Shown one piece after another: positions 1 through 8,714 of a DNA stretch of 64,000 nt (positions are counted from its first letter, which is position 1; each line of letters opens with the position of its first letter). The translations under genes were made by a program, and so were the position numbers. The DNA lies in the IMG/VR virus record IMGVR_UViG_3300009702_000017, positions 36,315 through 100,314 of that record; one strand, 5' to 3'. The notes beneath the pieces are model-generated. The model worked only from the letters and a program-made list of their open reading frames with translations, searched no databases and was not told the DNA's origin. This DNA is from a virus.

Positions 1-623
1 TTTCTGAAATGTTCTACGGCGTTGGGATGGGTGGATACCTTAACGTCATAGTCATCGTTCCCTAGACCACGAAAAAACTCCTCCAACAGACGACCGTTTT
101 CATAGTACTTCGGCTGGAGCTCCTCAAAGATGTTATGAAAACCTGCGGGCGTTGACTTTTCCAAGTCATCAAACGATTCCTCAGACTTCTTCATATCTCG
201 CTTGTAGTCAACGATACCAAGCTTCCTCAAAGTGACATTCTTGCGAGCGTGCAAGTTATCGAGAATGGACTCTGGTACCTTTTCGGGATCCACCCAGCAA
301 AACTCTTCACATTCCTTGTCGGGATCGTTCTTTCCAGACACCTTCCCGTCTACCTTCGCCTTGAAAACGAATACCTTGATGTTCTTGCGATGCTTGTGGG
401 GCCGTACAATCGTTTCGTTGCCAAGGTACTCAAGCTCGGTAGCCTTGAGGTTTGATTCCTCTAGAAGCTCTCGCAGGGCAGCGTGAACGGGTGTCTCGCC
501 CTCTTCCACATGACCTCCAGGGAGGGTCCACTTACCAGAATCAAGGCGACGCCCGAATAGAAGCTTCCCGTCAGGGCGGAATGCAGCAACCGACGCCACA
601 CGCTTAGTAGGCTTCTTGTCCAT
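1..623 (-). CDS. NUDIX hydrolase-domain protein, runs off window start; putative head-associated polyprotein
   Basis: Hand translation from ATG at 623: MDKKPTKRVASVAAFRPDGKLLFGRRLDSGKWTLPGGHVEEGETPVHAALRELLEESNL contains a full Nudix box. Frame is open to position 1, so it is absent from the ORF track. MKKSE and LEKS follow the domain. Confidence 0.88.
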   Translation of the reverse strand, partial: MDKKPTKRVASVAAFRPDGKLLFGRRLDSGKWTLPGGHVEEGETPVHAALRELLEESNLKATELEYLGNETIVRPHKHRKNIKVFVFKAKVDGKVSGKNDPDKECEEFCWVDPEKVPESILDNLHARKNVTLRKLGIVDYKRDMKKSEESFDDLEKSTPAGFHNIFEELQPKYYENGRLLEEFFRGLGNDDYDVKVSTHPNAVEHFR

Positions 624-626
624 GGT

Positions 627-1472
627 CTAGATATTCCCGACAAAGATACCCAAGCCATACTTCACCTTCAGCCGCTTCACGAGTTTCGCTTTTTTCTCTT
701 CCAATTGCTGAATCCTGGCATTGTATAGCTCTGGACCAGGAGTGCTGATTGACTGACTCATTCCATCGAGGCCAAGGCTATGGCTAGAATCGCTAGCGTG
801 AGTAGTAGCAAGCTCTGAAAGCACCTCGATGGCGGCCCTTACGCCAATCAGTTCGTTCACAATACGAGGAAGCTTCCCATCTGGAAAGCCGGCTACGTAA
901 GTGATCTGGAAGAAAGCGGGAATCCAAGGGTAACGAGCCAGCACGTACAAGAACGCCCCCGCGCCACCCTGACCAGGAGGGATCACGGAGCCAGTCATAG
1001 CCGTTGCAGGGGTAATGGGGATGAGGTTCAGCTGGCCTCTTGCTAGATAGGTGGTCTCCACCCAGTCTAGTGGCACATCGAAGATATCCCAATCGTTTGC
1101 AGGGGTGATTGAGACCTGCTGCACAGACGATACGGGTCGCTGCCGTGTCCTGAAGTAACCAAACTGCTGGTACGCTTGCTGGTCGAATGGTTGCTTCTCC
1201 GCAATCTGACGGGGAAAGATGGTTAGATGTGTCTCCTCTTCGACCATAGATACCGCACGGATGATGATGTCCTTCAGCATCTCCTCTGTCATTTTTTCTG
1301 GCTTCTTGGTCTCTGGATCAACCATATGTGACCACAATGGAATGCCAAACAGGAACCGATTTTTCAACTTAGCTGGATCCAGAAGTGGCTCGTAGTCATC
1401 CCAATCACCATCAATCGCATTGATAGGGTAAAGGGATCCTTTGGTGTCCTTGTTGGTCATAAATACAGCCAT
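627..1472 (-). CDS. head-tail adaptor/neck protein (Herelleviridae-like)
   Basis: LFGIP..DPET, RAVS.VE...I.P, ITYVAG and SLGLDGMSQSI pattern recalls the post-capsid neck protein of SPO1/Twort-like phages; lies downstream of the MCP. Confidence 0.7.
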   Translation of the reverse strand: MAVFMTNKDTKGSLYPINAIDGDWDDYEPLLDPAKLKNRFLFGIPLWSHMVDPETKKPEKMTEEMLKDIIIRAVSMVEEETHLTIFPRQIAEKQPFDQQAYQQFGYFRTRQRPVSSVQQVSITPANDWDIFDVPLDWVETTYLARGQLNLIPITPATAMTGSVIPPGQGGAGAFLYVLARYPWIPAFFQITYVAGFPDGKLPRIVNELIGVRAAIEVLSELATTHASDSSHSLGLDGMSQSISTPGPELYNARIQQLEEKKAKLVKRLKVKYGLGIFVGNI

Positions 1473-1882
1473 TACACACGATCCAATGTAGTTACGTGCA
1501 CCTTAGACAGCAAGAACGCCGAGTGGAGATCGTCGCCTTCCGTGAGAGTGAGACGAAGGTTCACTGTGCCCCGCACGGTATCAGTCGTTAGGATAGGGAC
1601 AGCCCAAATCGATGGATCGGTAGTTGGAAACGGCTGATTTGCCGCTCGAACAACGCGCAACGCATCGTCAATCGAGTCAAGTGTGACTTCTAGCGTAGCT
1701 CCGGTGGCAGGCATGTACCTACGCCCACCTGGATGAAACCCCTTCAAGTACGAATCCTTTGACTCATCCACAAGCTGAAGGTACAGGGTAACGGTATCGC
1801 CTTCTACCCACTCGCTTGAATCAGCGTGATCAAAGGTGTTTACGTCTACCACATTGTCTAGAATCCGACAGCCAAGATGCAT
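1472..1882 (-). CDS. putative virion structural protein
   Basis: Start reassigned to ATG 1882 (GGAGG RBS, MHLGCRILDNV...); beta-rich sequence; stop overlaps the next start. Confidence 0.6.
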   Translation of the reverse strand: MHLGCRILDNVVDVNTFDHADSSEWVEGDTVTLYLQLVDESKDSYLKGFHPGGRRYMPATGATLEVTLDSIDDALRVVRAANQPFPTTDPSIWAVPILTTDTVRGTVNLRLTLTEGDDLHSAFLLSKVHVTTLDRV

Positions 1883-1898
1883 AGGGCCTCCATGCACA

Positions 1899-1904
1899 TA
1901 GATT
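1899..1904 (-). promoter_or_regulatory. candidate late promoter AATCTA
   Basis: CGTAATCTATG upstream of the RBS of the 1882 gene; identical 11-mer occurs at about 24809. Confidence 0.4.
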
Positions 1905-2091
1905 ACGAGGGCTTTGGTCGGTTCCTGTCTACCCATTCCAAATAGAGTAGGACAAACGCACAATACACCATCCACAGAAAGTGAAGCGGAGCAAGGGGCC
2001 GTAGAACAACGATGTGCGTATCTGCTGCTAACAAGACTGCGTTCACAAAACCGCAGACCCACACGAGCCACCACATTACCTTATTGGACAT
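1903..2091 (-). CDS. small membrane protein, two hydrophobic segments
   Basis: GGAGG then ATG 2091; MSNKVMWWLVWVCGFVNAVLLAA...LHFLWMVYCAFVLLYL. Confidence 0.55.
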   Translation of the reverse strand: MSNKVMWWLVWVCGFVNAVLLAADTHIVVLRPLAPLHFLWMVYCAFVLLYLEWVDRNRPKPS

Positions 2092-2428
2092 CCTCCACCT
2101 CCGATTGTGTAGGCTTGGGTTCGTCTTCTGGAAACAGACCACTCTTACTCAAAACCTTGGCGACTTGCACCGTAGCTTCGTAGAGTAGAGCGTTGTCAAG
2201 CAAATCCGCCAGAAATTGAGTATCACCATGCTCCTTGACCAAAAACAAGTAGTCTTGATCGATGTGCTGGAGTACTGAAATCGCCTGTTGCAAGTTCTGG
2301 TCAGCGGCGTACTCATACGCAATATCCAGAAGACACTTGGCCATGCCTTCATCTCCAAAATCCTCTGATCCGTGATGAAGAACCGCCTTTAGGGTCTGCT
2401 CTAGGCGTTCTTTTTGCTGTTGATTCAT
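2081..2428 (-). CDS. hypothetical protein
   Basis: 115-aa ORF with overlapping stop/start on both sides. Confidence 0.65.
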   Translation of the reverse strand: MNQQQKERLEQTLKAVLHHGSEDFGDEGMAKCLLDIAYEYAADQNLQQAISVLQHIDQDYLFLVKEHGDTQFLADLLDNALLYEATVQVAKVLSKSGLFPEDEPKPTQSEVEDVQ

Positions 2429-3176
2429 TTATCCATCCTCGTTTTAGCCGTCTCTGCGTATACGGGATCCTTCTCGATAAGCATTACGTGCCTATTGTTC
2501 TTAGCTACTGCAACTCCGGTTGTACCCGATCCAGCGAACGGGTCCAATACACATCCACCAGGATTAGTATATGTCTTGATCGTGTACTCCGTCAAAGCCA
2601 CCGGCTTCTGCGTCGGATGGAGACCACCACCTTTCTCTTCCGATTCAGCCGTTTTGAAATAGAGGACATCTCTTGGATACCTAAACCCATCGTCATTTTT
2701 CACAAGAACAGCAGTCTGTCCACCATAGACATCAGTTGGCCGATGTGCCTTTCCTTTGTTATATGGATCTCCCTTGATCATTTGCGGATTGTAGACGCGA
2801 GCGGTACTGGATCTGTGAGATGGAGGGTAGAAAATGTAAACCAACTCATGTGCTCGCATCGGCTGATGCTTCGCATTGAGGTAGTTCGTTGCCTTAGACT
2901 TTTCCCAAGTCCACTCGTACTTGAACTGCTTTTCATTACTCATTACTAGACGAGCAGCAAAAGGCATCGCAGCGCATATAGCAATCACACCATCCTTCGC
3001 CACTACGCGATTCACCATCTTCCACATCCGTTCCAACTCTACATCTACACCCAAGCTGCTTGGGTGTAGCCATATGGAGGATCCATCAAAACAAGATTAA
3101 AGAAGTCCGGCGCTACACGCTTAAGGCATTCGTAGCAGTCCCCCTCTTCAAATTCGATGTATGGAACAGTATCCAT
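2425..3176 (-). pseudogene. N6/N4 DNA methyltransferase (beta class) split by a 1-nt frameshift
   Basis: 5' frame from ATG 3176 reads MDTVPYIEFEEGDCYECL...LMDPPYGYTQAAW then TAG (3045-3047). The 3' frame (2425..3054) has HPTQKP and DPFAGSGTTG. One added base joins them. Confidence 0.85.
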
Positions 3177-3183
3177 CCTCTAT

Positions 3184-3519
3184 CTATCCTCCCGGAGTGT
3201 AGTATTCGATCTTCAGGTTTTCAGGGGCCATCATATCTGCTACTGCGTCTTCTACCGATGAAAGGTCCATGAGACGAAACGATACCTCTCGATTCAACCA
3301 CGCCTTGAATGTAGGGTGAGACACCATTGCACGAAACGCATCCTTGGTGTTCTGAGCCCTACTCTTATGTCGAGTTCCAGTCGTCACAACACCAGAGGGA
3401 GGGTGACGTAGACGTACACAGTTCTGATGCTTATTTCGATGCTGCCCACCAGCACCAGAACCAGAAAAGTACGTCAACTCGAAGTCATTCTTGGTGACGC
3501 TAAACAACAACTCCCTCAT
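3184..3519 (-). CDS. GGQ release-factor-domain protein (ArfB/PrfH-like peptidyl-tRNA hydrolase)
   Basis: FSGSGAGGQHRNKHQNCVRLRHPPSG; start at TAATG overlap 3519. Confidence 0.85.
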   Translation of the reverse strand: MRELLFSVTKNDFELTYFSGSGAGGQHRNKHQNCVRLRHPPSGVVTTGTRHKSRAQNTKDAFRAMVSHPTFKAWLNREVSFRLMDLSSVEDAVADMMAPENLKIEYYTPGG

Positions 3520-3908
3520 TACTGGTCTCCGAACGCCCAATATTGAATGAAGGCATCCTTGAACGCTTCGTAGTAGGTCTCTCCTTCACCAAGCAAGTTG
3601 TCCCCGAGCTTGATAGTCACACCATCCCTGTGAAACACCCTGGCGGTAGGACCGAAGAGCGCCTTTGAAAGCTTCGTTACACAAGAGTACGACGTAGCGT
3701 ACTCCTTCAAGTAGGCATCATCCTGCTCACCAATCTCATTCAGATTGGTTAGGGTCTTGAGCTTAAGAGACAGGTAACGACCTGTCTGCGCCCTAGCGCT
3801 CTGGATACGCTGTCGGATCTCCTGTGGCGTCTGGTACAGCTTCTTCTGAGGATGACTCGGAACCATATCGGTCATCTCCTGCGTTATCGTTGGTGTTGGA
3901 TGATTCAT
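3519..3908 (-). CDS. hypothetical protein
   Basis: ORF with AGGAG upstream; true start may be further downstream. Confidence 0.55.
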   Translation of the reverse strand: MNHPTPTITQEMTDMVPSHPQKKLYQTPQEIRQRIQSARAQTGRYLSLKLKTLTNLNEIGEQDDAYLKEYATSYSCVTKLSKALFGPTARVFHRDGVTIKLGDNLLGEGETYYEAFKDAFIQYWAFGDQ

Positions 3909-4185
3909 TCTTTTCTCCTGTTAAGCGTTCAAGGATTTCTACTGCGATATGATGAGGCAGGTCTTCGATGGAATAGCTGTTTGGCATAGCCAAGAAAGCA
4001 ACCTTCTTCCAGCCCTTTGTCTCCAGCCATCGTGTTCCATACTCCATCGCAAGGCGCATCTCTTCGCTACCAGCATCATCAGGAACGTGGAGCACCACCA
4101 CGGATCCTTCCTCAATCTTGAGACTTTCCATTGTGATGCGCATATCCGATAGCTTGTTTAACTCTACTCTGTCTGTAGTTCCCAT
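3793..4185 (-). CDS. hypothetical protein
   Basis: 130-aa ORF in operon context. Confidence 0.55.
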   Translation of the reverse strand: MGTTDRVELNKLSDMRITMESLKIEEGSVVVLHVPDDAGSEEMRLAMEYGTRWLETKGWKKVAFLAMPNSYSIEDLPHHIAVEILERLTGEKNESSNTNDNAGDDRYGSESSSEEAVPDATGDPTAYPER

Positions 4186-4472
4186 TCCCAGTTTCTTTCC
4201 ATTAGTCTCTCAAGTGGAACACCAAGTACATGTTCTTCAAGCCAATTTTTCATGGTGACAACCTTGGCGTCACATTCTAGAAGCCAGGGCTCAAAACCAA
4301 ACTCAGTCAGATACCAATGCCGAGTAACCATCAGTTCATCAAAAGCGATTGAAAGCTCATCTCCCACGTCTGGGGTGCGCTCTATCAAGGCGGGCCACCC
4401 TGATAATTGTTCGCCTACATGGATATACCACTTCTTGAAGTTGTCCAAAATCTTCTTGGTATGCTCATTCAT
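4164..4472 (-). CDS. hypothetical protein
   Basis: 102-aa ORF directly after thyA. Confidence 0.6.
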   Translation of the reverse strand: MNEHTKKILDNFKKWYIHVGEQLSGWPALIERTPDVGDELSIAFDELMVTRHWYLTEFGFEPWLLECDAKVVTMKNWLEEHVLGVPLERLMERNWEWELQTE

Positions 4473-4478
4473 GATGTC

Positions 4479-5369
4479 TCACACAGCGATAGGGGCCTTG
4501 ATTGCCGGATAGCATTCATATCCCTCTAGCGTGAAGTCTTCATACTTGTAGTCGAATACGCTGTCGTGAGGGACGATAGTCATCTTGGGAAGAGGAAGTG
4601 GAGTTCTTACCAGTTGCTCTGTCACCTGCTTCAGATGATTCGAGTACACATGAACGTCCCCAAACGTGTGTACAAAATGTCCTGGCCGATACCCGGTCAC
4701 CTGGGCCACCGTCATGGTTAACAAAGCGTAGCTCGCGATGTTGAAGGGCACTCCGAGGAAAAGATCGGCACTTCGCTGGTACAACTGGCAGTCGAGGTAC
4801 TTACCTGCCCGCACATAGAACTGAAACAGGGTATGGCATGGCGGAAGCGTAACTCGATCGGCTTCCTTTGGATTCCATCCCGTGACAATGTGTCTCCGGC
4901 TGTTAGGATTCTTCTTGATTGCCTCGACTACATTAGCAATCTGGTCTACGCCTTCGATATCAACGACAAGCTTGTGTGTTGCTTCTCCGATGATACCACC
5001 TTTATACGCCATCACTCCGGTATCAATCGTCCGTGCACCATAGTTACGCCACTGATGCCCATAGACAGGCCCCAGGTCGCCTTCCTCGCGACCAAATCGA
5101 GCGCATTGCTCTGCCGTAGCCCACTCGTCCCAAATATGAACACCGTTGTTCTGGAGGTACTTCACATTGGTATCGCCAGAAAGGAACCATAGAAGCTCAT
5201 GGACGATGCCCCGAAGGAACATTTTCTTGGTGGTCAGAAGAGGGAACCCTTCCTGCAAATCAAAGCGAAGTTGGGCCCCAAAAAGGCTGTACGTACCTAC
5301 TCCAGTGCGATCGTCACGCCGTTCACCATCTGTTACTACCTTCTTCAACAAGTCTAGATACTGCTGCAT
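4479..5369 (-). CDS. thyA: thymidylate synthase
   Basis: [47 protein letters not shown]; start reassigned to ATG 5369 after a GAGG RBS. Confidence 0.97.
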   Translation of the reverse strand: MQQYLDLLKKVVTDGERRDDRTGVGTYSLFGAQLRFDLQEGFPLLTTKKMFLRGIVHELLWFLSGDTNVKYLQNNGVHIWDEWATAEQCARFGREEGDLGPVYGHQWRNYGARTIDTGVMAYKGGIIGEATHKLVVDIEGVDQIANVVEAIKKNPNSRRHIVTGWNPKEADRVTLPPCHTLFQFYVRAGKYLDCQLYQRSADLFLGVPFNIASYALLTMTVAQVTGYRPGHFVHTFGDVHVYSNHLKQVTEQLVRTPLPLPKMTIVPHDSVFDYKYEDFTLEGYECYPAIKAPIAV

Positions 5370-5386
5370 AGTGCCTCTAGTAAGAT

Positions 5387-5395
5387 TACAGCGCA
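5387..5395 (-). promoter_or_regulatory. CTCGCTGTA-type promoter variant (TGCGCTGTA)
   Basis: Upstream of the thyA RBS. Confidence 0.45.
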
Positions 5396-5412
5396 CAAAC
5401 CAACTATGAGCA

Positions 5413-5806
5413 TTAGACCAAGAGCAACAACTGCGGTTCGCCCACGACCCTTCCTACTCGGGTAGCCCATAGTGACGACGGAGAGCCTTGGCAACACAAG
5501 CCGCTACTGGGTGTAACATCATCCTTCTCCTCCAACAAATCATCAACCTTGTCTCTTGCCTCCTGAATCATCACAGAAAGGATGGTCTTGGCATTAGCAA
5601 GCAAGAACTGAGATGAAGTATATTGTGCTTCCCAATAGTCCACGTCCAAGACCATAAGCCGAATATCCCACTCCTGCATTCGTTCCAAACATTCCTTGTA
5701 TGCTTCGTTTGCTGGATCGGCTAGAGGCTCTTCCTGATGCTGGCACGCATACTCAAATAGCTTTGCCTTCTCCTCTGGAACTGAAAAAACGAATCTCGTC
5801 TACCAT
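5413..5806 (-). pseudogene. hypothetical protein with an extra base in a T6 run
   Basis: AGGAG-led ATG 5806 reads MVDEIRFFSSRGEGKAI*. Removing one T from the run at 5784-5789 gives MVDEIRFSVPEEKAKLFEYAC..., continuous with ORF 5413..5688. Confidence 0.6.
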
Positions 5807-5840
5807 GCCTTCTCCTAGTTATGTTGTGTACTACTAGGTA

Positions 5841-5849
5841 TACAGCAAG
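5841..5849 (-). promoter_or_regulatory. CTCGCTGTA-type promoter variant (CTTGCTGTA)
   Basis: TTTTCTTGCTGTATACCTAGT upstream of ATG 5806. Confidence 0.5.
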
Positions 5850-5853
5850 AAAA

Positions 5854-7197
5854 CTAGTCGAACAAACGTACATACGTATATGCTTGATTTCCAGATTTCC
5901 ACGTCTTTCCAGGAATAGGGACACGAACCCAACCGGCATTGTCCATATGCACGTCAGCCTCTCCTGGCTCGCATGCCCAATGTTCCCAACGCTGAAGAGT
6001 TGTAGTGCCTACCTCTAATACATCCTCGTCTGAGGTAGCTCCTCTAAAGGCACGAATACCGTCAGCGCTTTCAAATACAGGCTGCTTACTCTTCAGCGTC
6101 TTCGTCCAACCAGCACATTGATAAACATAGCCATTGTGTCCTTGTCCCTCATCGTGGTAGGTGATTAAGACAGGCCACCGTGTGCGATCGATTTCGTTGT
6201 GCATCTGCTGCATCAATGGTTCGGACAGGTGCTCCAAGTATCTCTCCGATTTGGGAACAGCGACCATTCTAGACAAGGCAAGAACGCCCTGGGGTGCCTC
6301 TGGACACACATTTCTCGCACTTCCTATAGATGGTGGACGCCAAAGAAATCCAGCAACCAGCTTATCGGATTCGTACACCCCAAAAGAGTAGGTAGCAATT
6401 GGAGGCGCGGTGCCATATCCATGATACCTTTCGCAAAGCTCGCGTACTTCTTGTACTGGACACCTTACCAACCGAAACGGTAACGCCTTGGCCCATAGAT
6501 ACTCCAAGGGCATTCTATCTCTCTTACCGGTATTGCACGAAAGGCAAGCAGGAACTAAGTTTGAGTATTGATGAGCATAGTCCCATCTGGAAATAGGAAT
6601 TGCGTGGTCGATAGTAAGATTGGAATCCTTCTTCCCACAATACGCACAACGGTTGTCAAAGGACTCTTTTATCTTCTGCCAATCTATGCTTGTCAGTACG
6701 TATCCCGTTAAAAGCTTCTTTCCACGCCTTTTTAACCGATAGACATGTCTCTTATGTGCAAGCCATACCCGATACTCCTCAGACTCAAGCTTCCGCAATC
6801 GATAGGACTTGTCATACTCACGCTTTCTGTCCTTGTTCAGGCGTGCACTTAGCGTAACCCTATCAAGAATCGACTGCCTATTGTCCTTGTAGTATTGTCT
6901 ATCTCGTTCTCGCTTAGCCTCTAGGTGATCTTCGTTGTACTTCAATTGGCGTTTTTTCTTGCAATCCTTACAGATCGCCATCCTCCCATCTTTACCAGAA
7001 GGAAGCGCATAGAAGTCCTGTACAGACTTCACTAGACCACATTTAGAGCAACGCTTAGAGCCTTCCTGTACCGGAGGTCTGTTGTGACGAACCCTAAAGC
7101 AATCCTTGCATTCAGATCGCAGCCCATCGGACTTGCCGGAGTCCTTTGAGAAAGCTGACACGGGTTTTTGCTTACCACAAATAGAACACGTCTTCAC
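5854..7197 (-). CDS. Zn-finger/HNH endonuclease fused to a Mom-like (GNAT-fold) DNA-modification domain
   Basis: N-terminal CxxC repeats; CAYCG...TIDHAIP...NLVPACLSCN (HNH); C-terminal LSRM...LITYHDEGQGHNGYVYQCAGW resembles the Mom family ELxR...SYAD...H.G..YQA.NW. Confidence 0.75.
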   Translation of the reverse strand: MKTCSICGKQKPVSAFSKDSGKSDGLRSECKDCFRVRHNRPPVQEGSKRCSKCGLVKSVQDFYALPSGKDGRMAICKDCKKKRQLKYNEDHLEAKRERDRQYYKDNRQSILDRVTLSARLNKDRKREYDKSYRLRKLESEEYRVWLAHKRHVYRLKRRGKKLLTGYVLTSIDWQKIKESFDNRCAYCGKKDSNLTIDHAIPISRWDYAHQYSNLVPACLSCNTGKRDRMPLEYLWAKALPFRLVRCPVQEVRELCERYHGYGTAPPIATYSFGVYESDKLVAGFLWRPPSIGSARNVCPEAPQGVLALSRMVAVPKSERYLEHLSEPLMQQMHNEIDRTRWPVLITYHDEGQGHNGYVYQCAGWTKTLKSKQPVFESADGIRAFRGATSDEDVLEVGTTTLQRWEHWACEPGEADVHMDNAGWVRVPIPGKTWKSGNQAYTYVRLFD

Positions 7198-7205
7198 ACT
7201 ACATA

Positions 7206-7214
7206 TACAGCGAG
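7206..7214 (-). promoter_or_regulatory. phage promoter motif CTCGCTGTA (leaderless geometry)
   Basis: Exactly 8 nt before GTG 7197, no RBS. Confidence 0.65.
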
Positions 7215-7244
7215 AAAACCGGCTATCCCTTTTGAGATAGCCGG
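7215..7244 (-). terminator. intrinsic terminator after the major capsid gene
   Basis: CCGGCTATC/GATAGCCGG stem followed by TTTT. Confidence 0.8.
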
Positions 7245-7276
7245 CCCAGGAGAGACAGCGGTGCTGTCAGGAGGAA

Positions 7277-8674
7277 CTAGCTGAGGTTGTCAACCAGAAC
7301 GTTGCGGCGAGGAATGGTAACCGCCAAGGTGAGGAACCGGAAGTGCGCTTCGGGCATGCTGAGGTCGGTCACCGCGAGCTTCAAGCGGCTATACGGAGCA
7401 AGCTGCTTGATGGTCATGGTATCACCTTGGGTGAGGTATCCAGTCACAAACCCAGGAGTCTTGTTGTCGAGGTCGGTGAACACGGTGGTTCCGGTGGTTG
7501 CAGCCTTCACGCGACCAATGTACTTGGCCTGTGCGGCGGTTCCACCGGCAGGAGACCGGTACACATTGTAGAACCGGACTACGCCACCGCCAGAGGTGAT
7601 GGTCACAGTAGTCACGTCACCATTCGCACCTACGGTCGCAGTCGCAGCAGCACTTGCTGTCGATTCGCCCACCTCGTTACCTGCGGTCACAAAGTAGACG
7701 AATGTCTCACCAGCCAGGAACGGAGTAGTAGTGCCAGCAACAGCCGCACTTGCTACAGTGATCGTCGGAGTAGCAGGACCATTTGCACGAGTAGGAGCGG
7801 GACGGGTCTTGCCTGAAAGGAAACGGCTTGATTCCATTTCGACAACGCCACCCGACACCCACTGGCGCCGCATGCTGATGCCCTGGGTATCCTGCGGACT
7901 ACCGGCAAGAATGATGCGTTCCTTGGTGTAGGCAATCTTGTTGTAGTTCGCCAACACGATTGGGTCAACAATCAGCTTGTCGGCCGAACCCATGTTCATA
8001 GCGCTACGAACATGCGCGTCTTCCACCATGCTCTGCGAGAGAGTCCCACCAGCGGTAAGAACCACCGATTCGTCAGAACCGTACTCATCGAACATCAGAT
8101 CCTGAGCATTCCTCATACTATCGGACTGGCGAATCTGGATGTCCATGCCAGGGATGTTTGGAAGCGTAGGGGTTGCAAGCGGGTTGCCGTCGAACACCCC
8201 ACCGTTGGAGAAGTCAGCCTTCCCACGGAAGAGGTCGAACTCAACGTCACCGGCGATCTTCATTGCAGCGTCTTCTGCCGCACGCTCCTCAGCCTTCTTG
8301 CCGTCCACGGTATCGACCATGTTGGCAACCAGGGTTACCCGGCGGATGTGGCTATAGAAGCACATCGGAACGACGACACGAACGAAGTCCGAAGTGGACT
8401 CGGCGCCGACGTTTCCTTCGAGGGCCGCAGACCCACCGAACTGACCGTAGCTAAGCTGACGGTCGAACTGTGCCAGAGTTGACTTCACATCATCAACCTC
8501 AAGCATGTTCTGGAGCTTGATGTGCTTGTCACTGAAGGTGGTGTTGTAAAGAACCGGCGAAAGATCCTCTACCTGAAGGGCTGCACCCTGCACCAACGCG
8601 CCAGGAGCGGCGTTGTAAGACCCGCCTTCTAGGGCCTTGACCAGTGCTTCGATGTTTGCGATTGCGTCTGCCAT
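7277..8674 (-). CDS. major capsid protein (SPO1/Twort-like)
   Basis: 465 aa; GAALQVEDLS, EDA..KIA..VE..LF.G, YNVYRS and LAVTIPRRNVLVDN parallel the Herelleviridae MCP; strong RBS; N-terminal LVKAL. Confidence 0.88.
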   Translation of the reverse strand: MADAIANIEALVKALEGGSYNAAPGALVQGAALQVEDLSPVLYNTTFSDKHIKLQNMLEVDDVKSTLAQFDRQLSYGQFGGSAALEGNVGAESTSDFVRVVVPMCFYSHIRRVTLVANMVDTVDGKKAEERAAEDAAMKIAGDVEFDLFRGKADFSNGGVFDGNPLATPTLPNIPGMDIQIRQSDSMRNAQDLMFDEYGSDESVVLTAGGTLSQSMVEDAHVRSAMNMGSADKLIVDPIVLANYNKIAYTKERIILAGSPQDTQGISMRRQWVSGGVVEMESSRFLSGKTRPAPTRANGPATPTITVASAAVAGTTTPFLAGETFVYFVTAGNEVGESTASAAATATVGANGDVTTVTITSGGGVVRFYNVYRSPAGGTAAQAKYIGRVKAATTGTTVFTDLDNKTPGFVTGYLTQGDTMTIKQLAPYSRLKLAVTDLSMPEAHFRFLTLAVTIPRRNVLVDNLS

Positions 8675-8714
8675 TGTTTTCTCCTATTACTAGGTTGTTG
8701 TTTGAAAGCGTGCC

